Assembly: GCA_044345055.1 (NCBI GenBank)
Contig: JBIJBT010000024.1
Span: forward strand, 1-34,795
Source of the DNA: Bdellovibrionota bacterium
GTDB taxonomy: Bacteria > Bdellovibrionota_C > UBA2361 > OMIW01
Length of the DNA stretch: 34,795 bases
Direction: 5' to 3'
Part shown: one piece after another, positions 28,737 to 34,795 of the stretch
Position numbering within the stretch: position 1 is the first letter of the stretch
How the letters are laid out: every line of letters starts with the position of its first letter
The notes under the pieces: model-generated
Databases searched by the model: none
Seen by the model: the letters and a program-made list of their open reading frames with translations, nothing else
Told to the model about the DNA's origin: nothing
Made by a program: the position numbers and the translations under genes

Positions 28737-29513
28737 ATGAATAATGGATCAGGTAAGTCCCAACCCGAATATCGAACACCTCCGTTTGCAGGATCGCGGC
28801 ATGAAAATATCGGTGAGCGAGTGCGCCGTCCTGTGTTTGAACCGCTCAAGATAGAGGTTGTTCATGAAGCGGTTGAACGGAGCTCTGACCCGATGTTCGC
28901 CGATTATGGAGGAAGGGTTAATGCCGCACGACAACCGCCAAAAGAAAAGCTTGTCCAGAATCAAGGCCCTTCACAACAAGCAGCTTCACATCAGCCACCA
29001 ACTCACCCACCCGAGGAGCTGCAACGAATGTTAGAGGAGCAGTTTCAGCGCGGAATTTTAGAGGGCGAACAGCGTGCCCACGAGCAGATAGCTGATCATA
29101 CCGCTGGGCTGCAACAACGATTTGAGCTGTTGTGTGGAGAGCTCTCGGATCAGATGCAGGGTGACGTTGAGCGGATAGAGCGTCAAGCACTCGGTCTTGC
29201 AATCTTGATATCTCGGCGAATCATCGCTGAGGCAGTTGAAATTAATCCAGAGTATCTTCTTCCGGTGATTCGCGATGCACTCGGATATGTCGGTGGTGCT
29301 GATGTTCAGCGCGTTCGGATTAGTCCAGCAGATCTTGAATTTGTCGAGATAGAGAAGATTCGAGATAGATTCGATGGAAACTGGTCTTTTATTGCAGATC
29401 CCGCGATCGTTTCGGGATGTATAATTGATACAAGTGCTGGTGAGGTTGATTATCGACTTGATGCGGCGTGGGAGCGATTAAAAGATCAGGTAATTCGGAG
29501 CACCACAGCATGA
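28737..29513 (+). CDS. fliH: Flagellar export protein FliH
   Basis: GxxxG repeats (QRGILEG), RISP.D and D......GCIIDT..GEVD; located before fliI with an ATGA overlap. Confidence 0.85.
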   Translation: MNNGSGKSQPEYRTPPFAGSRHENIGERVRRPVFEPLKIEVVHEAVERSSDPMFADYGGRVNAARQPPKEKLVQNQGPSQQAASHQPPTHPPEELQRMLEEQFQRGILEGEQRAHEQIADHTAGLQQRFELLCGELSDQMQGDVERIERQALGLAILISRRIIAEAVEINPEYLLPVIRDALGYVGGADVQRVRISPADLEFVEIEKIRDRFDGNWSFIADPAIVSGCIIDTSAGEVDYRLDAAWERLKDQVIRSTTA

Positions 29514-30820
29514 GTTTGATGGAACAAGCCGCAGCGATTGCATCAACAACGAATCTATTTGAGCTTCGCGGTACGGTCACCGAGGTTGCAGGACTAGTGA
29601 TTGAGGCGACTGGTCCTCGAGTGCCGGTGGGCTCGCAGGTTGACATTCGAATCCCCGGAAAAACGATATCAGCCCAGGTTGTCGGTTTCAGAAATGATCG
29701 CACATTAATAATGCCTTTTGGTGAAACTCAAGGGATTGCTCCTGGGGTCGCTGTTGTTGGGAGCGAAACAAGTGCTGCGGTTCCGGTTGGAGACGATCTT
29801 ATCGGACGGGTCGTTGATGCACTCGGTAATCCGCTCGACGATGGACCTCGACCGATATTGAGTGATCTATCTCTGTTATTACAAACACCACCAAATCCGG
29901 TGACGCGAAGAAGAATTGAAGAGGTTTTTGAAACTGGAGTGCGGGCAATCGATTCACTCCTTACTCTTGGATCTGGGCAACGAGTAGGAATAATGGCGGG
30001 CTCCGGAGTTGGAAAATCAACGCTCCTTGGCATGGTCGCGAAACACTCTTCAAGCGATATCGCTGTTGTGGGTCTTATCGGTGAGCGTGGTCGCGAAGTG
30101 CGGGAATTTATCGAGCGCGATCTTGGTCCCGAGGGGCTTGCTCGCTCGGTCGTTGTCGTGGCGACAGGAGATCAATCCGCTCTATTGCGGCTTCGTGCAG
30201 CGTATCTTGCAACAAGTTATGCGGAGTATTTTCGTAGTCAGGGTAAACGGGTTGTATTGATGCTCGATTCTGTCACTCGATTGGCGATGGCGCAGCGTGA
30301 GATAGGACTAGCGGTAGGTGAACCGCCGAGCACTAGAGGATACACGCCATCAGTGTTTGCGATGTTGCCAAAGCTTCTTGAAAGAGCGGGTACAGATGGG
30401 GGAGAGGGTTCAATTACTGGTTTGTATACCGTTCTTGTCGAGGGTGACGATATGAACGAACCGGTTGCTGATGCAGTACGAGGTATTCTTGACGGACATA
30501 TTGTTTTGAGTCGAAAACTCGCTCATAAAGGACATTTCCCGGCGATTGAGGTGCTTGAGAGTATTTCGCGGGTGATGAGCGATATCGTTGATGATGAAGG
30601 AAAAGCACTCGCGCGAGAAGCCCGAGAGGTGTTGAGTGAGTTTCGTGATGTCGAAGATCTGGTTCTTATCGGCGCATACAAAGAGGGTACAAATCAACGA
30701 ATCGATCGAGCGATAGCTCTTCATCACGGACTTGTGAAGTTTCTTCGGCAATATGCAGGTGAGCGTACTCCGTATGAGGAGACGAGACAGGCGTTGCGAG
30801 CGATTATAGGTAACGGGTAA
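29510..30820 (+). CDS. fliI: Flagellar export ATPase FliI
   Basis: GSGVGKST Walker A, LIGERGREVREF, DSVTR.AMAQREIGL..GEPP, LLERAG and DGHIVLSR. Confidence 0.97.
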   Translation: MSLMEQAAAIASTTNLFELRGTVTEVAGLVIEATGPRVPVGSQVDIRIPGKTISAQVVGFRNDRTLIMPFGETQGIAPGVAVVGSETSAAVPVGDDLIGRVVDALGNPLDDGPRPILSDLSLLLQTPPNPVTRRRIEEVFETGVRAIDSLLTLGSGQRVGIMAGSGVGKSTLLGMVAKHSSSDIAVVGLIGERGREVREFIERDLGPEGLARSVVVVATGDQSALLRLRAAYLATSYAEYFRSQGKRVVLMLDSVTRLAMAQREIGLAVGEPPSTRGYTPSVFAMLPKLLERAGTDGGEGSITGLYTVLVEGDDMNEPVADAVRGILDGHIVLSRKLAHKGHFPAIEVLESISRVMSDIVDDEGKALAREAREVLSEFRDVEDLVLIGAYKEGTNQRIDRAIALHHGLVKFLRQYAGERTPYEETRQALRAIIGNG

Positions 30821-30951
30821 TGTTGGTAGCGGTTCTCAGCTAATATGATAAAGTGTAACAATTTATCATGAGTAAGAAATGCTCCTTTAGTATTGAATTG
30901 GTGAGGTTTTAAGAATAACAGCCTAGGCGTGTTACATTGTAACGGAATAAC

Positions 30952-31389
30952 ATGAAGCGATTTCGGTTCCGTCTTGAGCGAGTTCTTCGGTTCCGCAATA
31001 CACAGCTTGATGAGGCAAAGGCAGCTCTAATCCGTGAGCGGTTGGTTCTGTCAACTCTTGAACAGGAGCGTCGAACTATTGAAGAGTCAATCGATCTCGC
31101 TGGGCCTATCATTGGTACAATATCTTCTGAGGAGCTTGCGATTCGAGCCCTTTTTGGCGAGGGCGCAAAGATTCATATCGAAAAACTGACCGATCAGATC
31201 GCCGAGCAGGAACGGGTTGTTGATGAGTTGGTCTCTGTATATCGGGAAAAACAACAGGGTGTGAGAGTACTTGAGAAGCTAAAGGAGCGATACCGAGAGG
31301 AATATAAACAGGAGGTTAGCCGCCAGGAGATAGCTGAATTGGATGAATTAGGTGTTTTAATGAAACTAAGAGCAGGCGACGATCGATAG
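30952..31389 (+). CDS. fliJ: Flagellar export protein FliJ
   Basis: MKRFRFRLERVL, coiled coil, LEKLKE and E...LDE; follows fliI. Confidence 0.88.
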   Translation: MKRFRFRLERVLRFRNTQLDEAKAALIRERLVLSTLEQERRTIEESIDLAGPIIGTISSEELAIRALFGEGAKIHIEKLTDQIAEQERVVDELVSVYREKQQGVRVLEKLKERYREEYKQEVSRQEIAELDELGVLMKLRAGDDR

Positions 31390-31422
31390 GTTTTTTATGG
31401 GATGGAGGTTGGTGTTCAGAAC

Positions 31423-31437
31423 AGGCACAGCCTTTGC
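31423..31437 (+). promoter_or_regulatory. Internal sigma-54 promoter
   Basis: AGGCAC-agcct-TTGCA with correct GG-N10-GC spacing in the gap between fliJ and the motE-like gene. Confidence 0.7.
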
Positions 31438-31525
31438 AATTGTCCTGAATTAAATGCGCTGAACGGTAGTTTTTTTGTCAGGGGGTAGCGATTATTCTCT
31501 CGGCATCGATGTTTTGGAGATCGGA

Positions 31526-32275
31526 ATGGCCACCACGAAAAAAAAACCTACCATGACACGAGAGGAGGCTGTTGAGCTTTACGGTCAGATGCAACAAACG
31601 ATGCGTTCAGTGTTGCAAGGTGCGGGGGCCGCAGAGAAGGATAAGCTACCACCATCGACTCAGCAGTTGGGTAATATTCCGGCGATTGCAAAGCGGCAGC
31701 GGGCTGGGCTCGATAGGGGACAGATCGCTGCGGCACTTCTTGTTGGAGCCTGTGCGATGGTGCGGGCGTTAGTAGGTGGAGCTGAGTTTGCGGGCTGGGG
31801 TGCAACGCTGCCAGCGCAGGCAACGATTATTAAAGAGGTTGGACCCAAATATAGTGAGAGCGAACTGACTCTTCTTAAAAGTCTTGATAGCCGAAGAGTT
31901 GAACTAGAAGATCGGCGCCGTCGACTCGATGATCGAGAGAAAGATCTTGCGGAGCGTGAGCGGGAATTTGCGGGTCGTTTGGCGCAGCTTCGTGAGCTTA
32001 CCGGTATGTTACAGGCTGATCGAGAGCAGGGTGATAAAAAGCAGCAGGCTCAGGTTGGACAGCTAGCAAATGTATACGGCTCGATGAATCCTCCAGAGGC
32101 CGCTGCGCTTCTTGGACAGCTCGATATTACAACGACCCTCGCGCTCCTTGAGCGAATGCCGGAGAAGCGGATGGGGCAGATATTATCGCTGATGCCCGCT
32201 GATCGAGCTTTGACGATAACCAAAATGTTGACGGGCAGAACGGGGGATCCGATGGCGGAGGAGGTTGAGCGCTAG
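31526..32275 (+). CDS. MotE/YlxF/FlbB-like flagellar protein (TM + coiled coil + MgtE_N-like domain)
   Basis: LANVYGSMNPPEAAALL...LERMPEKRMGQILSLM; sits after fliJ as in other flagellar clusters; GGAGA SD before ATG 31526. Confidence 0.8.
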   Translation: MATTKKKPTMTREEAVELYGQMQQTMRSVLQGAGAAEKDKLPPSTQQLGNIPAIAKRQRAGLDRGQIAAALLVGACAMVRALVGGAEFAGWGATLPAQATIIKEVGPKYSESELTLLKSLDSRRVELEDRRRRLDDREKDLAEREREFAGRLAQLRELTGMLQADREQGDKKQQAQVGQLANVYGSMNPPEAAALLGQLDITTTLALLERMPEKRMGQILSLMPADRALTITKMLTGRTGDPMAEEVER

Positions 32276-33360
32276 AGTCGTTGGTTGAGTACTTCACGAT
32301 AAGTTGAAATCGTTTCTGCAATGGTGGTGTCTATTGAAAAGTGTTCGGCTATTCGGGCCTGTGCATGTGCGCCGAGGCTTGCCGCGAGTGGTTTATTTGT
32401 GGCGAGTGAAATAATCGCATCAGTGAGTTGGTGGGGTGATTCCGGTTCAACCACAATGCCGCACTGATTGTTGAGAACCAGCTCTGGCATTCCGCCGATC
32501 GAGGTCACAATCGGGGCAACACCCTGCGTCATCGCCTCGATAACGGCTTTTGGTAATCCCTCGCGATCGCGCGATGGCATCACAAAAAGATCGCACTGTC
32601 TAAGAAATGGAATTGGATTTTTTTGAAATCCGAGCGTTGTAATCTGATGCGTCGAGCGGACCGCTTCAATTAATTTAGGAAGTCTTTGATCTCTTATTTC
32701 ACCGATCAGAACCAGATGTAGCGGGATAGATTCTGGGACACGAAGCATCGCTTTAAGAAGAAGGTCGACCCCCTTTACGGGCCGCATATTTGCAGTGCAT
32801 CCGATAACGGTTGTGTTCGGCGAGGGTGAAAATTCGGGTGAGTGCTCTTTTTTTGGATCAACATCATCGTTGTACCACGAGAGACGATGGCCCTTGTATA
32901 TCGTGCGCAGTTTTTTTCGAGAGACTCCAACCGAGGCAAGGTATTCCTCAACGGCCTGCGATACACAGATTATTCGGTCCAATCGTGGATGCAGATAGGT
33001 CATCCATGAGAGCGGGTCCCATCGACTCACATTCCCCATCGCCCCCCGATAAGCAACGTGTCGGGCGGGAAAGCCACGAAGTGCAATCAGTCCATTCGAG
33101 AGGGCGCGATTTGAGAAGTAATGGACAATATCGGGCCGATATTGCTTTGCCGTCGCGCGAATGGTTCGGATAACGTGAGGCGAGATTCGGCTTGGCAAAG
33201 GAAGAGGTATGATGTTGACACCCGCTGAAGAGAGGATCTCGGTATGAGCAGGTGAGAGGTTTCCAAGGATAGTGACGTTGATGTCGGAAGATTTGTGCAT
33301 TCCGGCAAGAAGATGAGCCTCGGGTAGATCGGTGGTGGTGGTGATGGCGAGGAGGTTCAT
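32272..33360 (-). CDS. Glycosyltransferase family 4 (GT-B)
   Basis: ICVS..V, KGVDLL and DLFVMPS..REGLPKAVIEAM..G.....T.IGG.PE (EX7E motif). Confidence 0.92.
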   Translation of the reverse strand: MNLLAITTTTDLPEAHLLAGMHKSSDINVTILGNLSPAHTEILSSAGVNIIPLPLPSRISPHVIRTIRATAKQYRPDIVHYFSNRALSNGLIALRGFPARHVAYRGAMGNVSRWDPLSWMTYLHPRLDRIICVSQAVEEYLASVGVSRKKLRTIYKGHRLSWYNDDVDPKKEHSPEFSPSPNTTVIGCTANMRPVKGVDLLLKAMLRVPESIPLHLVLIGEIRDQRLPKLIEAVRSTHQITTLGFQKNPIPFLRQCDLFVMPSRDREGLPKAVIEAMTQGVAPIVTSIGGMPELVLNNQCGIVVEPESPHQLTDAIISLATNKPLAASLGAHAQARIAEHFSIDTTIAETISTYREVLNQRL

Positions 33361-33432
33361 GCGGGTGGCGGGGTGTGGGGGTATAGGGTACAGGGGATTT
33401 TGGTGCCTGAGGGTATAGCACGGGTTTAGGAG

Positions 33433-33792
33433 TTAGGGGAGGGGCGGCGGGAGGACTAAGTCGGAGAGATTCTTCAGGCGTGGAGTGTAGACTATCGCCA
33501 AATCTTGCGTACAACTTGTGGACACACTTATTTCCCAATCCTTCGGGTGCGCTGAAACCATCTCACCCCGGTTTTCTTTGTTGAATTTTATTATTAGTTT
33601 CTGAAATTTTTTTACGACATCGGGCGGCCAATCAGCTTTTGGGTCCTTGGCACCCCAGCCATTTAAGATTGGCCCTCCACGACTGCTTTTATCATTTATT
33701 GACGGCAGAGGTAAAATGAAGTTACGTCCTTCATACTTATCGTTATCTAATGAATTTGTCTGAGCCATTTGTTTTGACATTCCACTCAACAT
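33433..33792 (-). CDS. Orphan hypothetical protein
   Basis: 119-aa ORF in an AT-richer patch with a GAGG SD upstream. No recognisable motif; the start may be 33780 or 33768. Confidence 0.45.
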   Translation of the reverse strand: MLSGMSKQMAQTNSLDNDKYEGRNFILPLPSINDKSSRGGPILNGWGAKDPKADWPPDVVKKFQKLIIKFNKENRGEMVSAHPKDWEISVSTSCTQDLAIVYTPRLKNLSDLVLPPPLP

Positions 33793-33901
33793 TGACTCGA
33801 TACCTCTGCAAAATTGTATTTAATATTAGTTTGTGGCAAGCAATATTTGCTTGCTTGAAAGGGTATCACCGAACAACCGCAGTGGTGAGAGACCTTTGAT
33901 A

Positions 33902-33927
33902 GCCCATGTCTAGAATTAGACATGGGC
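33902..33927. repeat. Perfect 11-bp hairpin (REP-like candidate)
   Basis: gcccatgtcta-gaat-tagacatgggc, no U-tract on either strand, about 200 nt upstream of the Y1 transposase. Confidence 0.7.
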
Positions 33928-34124
33928 AGCAATTATTATCCGATGATGGGAAAAAGTTCGCCCCCCTCCTTTGCTCAGAGGTGTAGAGGTTCTGGTGTAA
34001 AGGGGTTTAGAGGTCCGGTAGATTTCTTCTCAATTATTAAAAAAATTACCGATTGATTAGCAACTCTCCTCCCCATTGTGTCGATCACAGAGAGATCTTT
34101 TTTCTCTCTTGGAGGACAACACAG

Positions 34125-34795
34125 ATGGGCTGCCATCCGCGCATAGAAACAAACGAACACTCAGACTTTATCACCAGTCGAACCAGAGATTCTCGCCTCT
34201 GGTTCGTAAACAACGAATCGCTCGAGCATCGTATCCTCGGACTAACCGCCAAATACGCCACTCGGCGCACAATCACCCTCTACGGCTTTGCTATCGAAGG
34301 AAACCACCTACACATCGTTGCACACAACAACAAAAAGAATCGCGCTCATTTTCTGCGTGATCTTAAATCCACAATAGCCCGCGCCGTTCCCCGACACACA
34401 CCCTCATATTCGGGCGGTGGAGTCTGGGGAAGGAGATACTCAAACGAGTTTCTCGGTGGTCACTCTGATATCGAGAACTACTTCTTTTACACCGTCCTAC
34501 AGCCAGTAAAAGATGGTCTTGTTGAAAAAATCTCCGACTACCCCGGCTACAATTGCTTCCACGATGCGGTGTGGGGAATAAAGCGAAAATTCAAGGTAAT
34601 GAACTGGACCGCCTACTACAAAGCCACTCGGTGGGGTCAAAAGGTAAACAAGAAAGACTTCCTCGAGGAGTTCACCCTCGAATACGCAAGACTCCCCGGC
34701 TATGAACATCTCTCTCAAAGAGAGTACGCCCTATTGATGACCCGTCGCCTAGAAGAGCGTCGTCAAGAGATTCTCAAAGCCCGAGACGCTGAAGG
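34125..34795 (+). mobile_element. HUH/Y1 tyrosine transposase (RAYT / IS200-like TnpA), 3'-truncated by the window end
   Basis: Hand translation from ATG 34125 (SD GGAGGA at 34111-34116) is open to the window end: MGCHPRI...FITSRT...YGFAIEGNHLHIV (HUH)...VWGRRY...YFFYTVLQPVKDGLVE...YPGY. Confidence 0.85.

Noticed and set aside
32948..33538. 196-aa ORF with Pro/His runs
   Set aside because: It is an alternative frame over GT4 and the G-rich tract; the low complexity is a compositional artefact.
33834..33850. Sigma-54-like TGGCAA...TTGC
   Set aside because: Spacing is 12 nt; it is better explained by the local inverted repeat.
34076..34718. Track ORFs 34076..34360, 34085..34276 and 34497..34718
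   Set aside because: They are shadows of the transposase frame starting at 34125.
1..34795. CRISPR arrays, tRNA, rRNA and known riboswitches (e.g. c-di-GMP near the flagellar genes)
   Set aside because: No repeat-spacer periodicity, cloverleaf or recognisable aptamer consensus was found by eye; a cmscan run would be needed to exclude them formally.

Overview
Bacterial chromosomal window. The left two-thirds is mostly housekeeping: a GT-C-type membrane glycosyltransferase, a histidine phosphatase, a membrane-anchored PP2C phosphatase, pgk, coaE, a DAHP synthase, purH, purD, a glpD-like gene, an MDR oxidoreductase, prmA, a pseudo-receiver protein and trxA. The right part is flagellum-related. 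It holds two tandem 287-aa flagellins, each with a sigma-28 promoter and a ~150-nt structured leader, and a CesT/YbjN-like chaperone gene with its own sigma-28 promoter. It also holds a sigma-54-driven flgB-flgC-fliE-fliF-fliH-fliI-fliJ-motE-like cluster with no fliG at its usual position. The window ends in an HUH/Y1 (RAYT-like) transposase that is absent from the ORF track because it runs off the end; it is preceded by hairpins, an orphan ORF and G-rich degenerate repeats. Two large intergenic regions (about 2926-3125 and 18960-19170) look like structured RNAs that I cannot assign to a family. Gene content suggests a deltaproteobacteria-like or Bdellovibrionota-like organism, but this is inference only. 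All calls come from motif recognition by eye; no database searches or folding programs were run.
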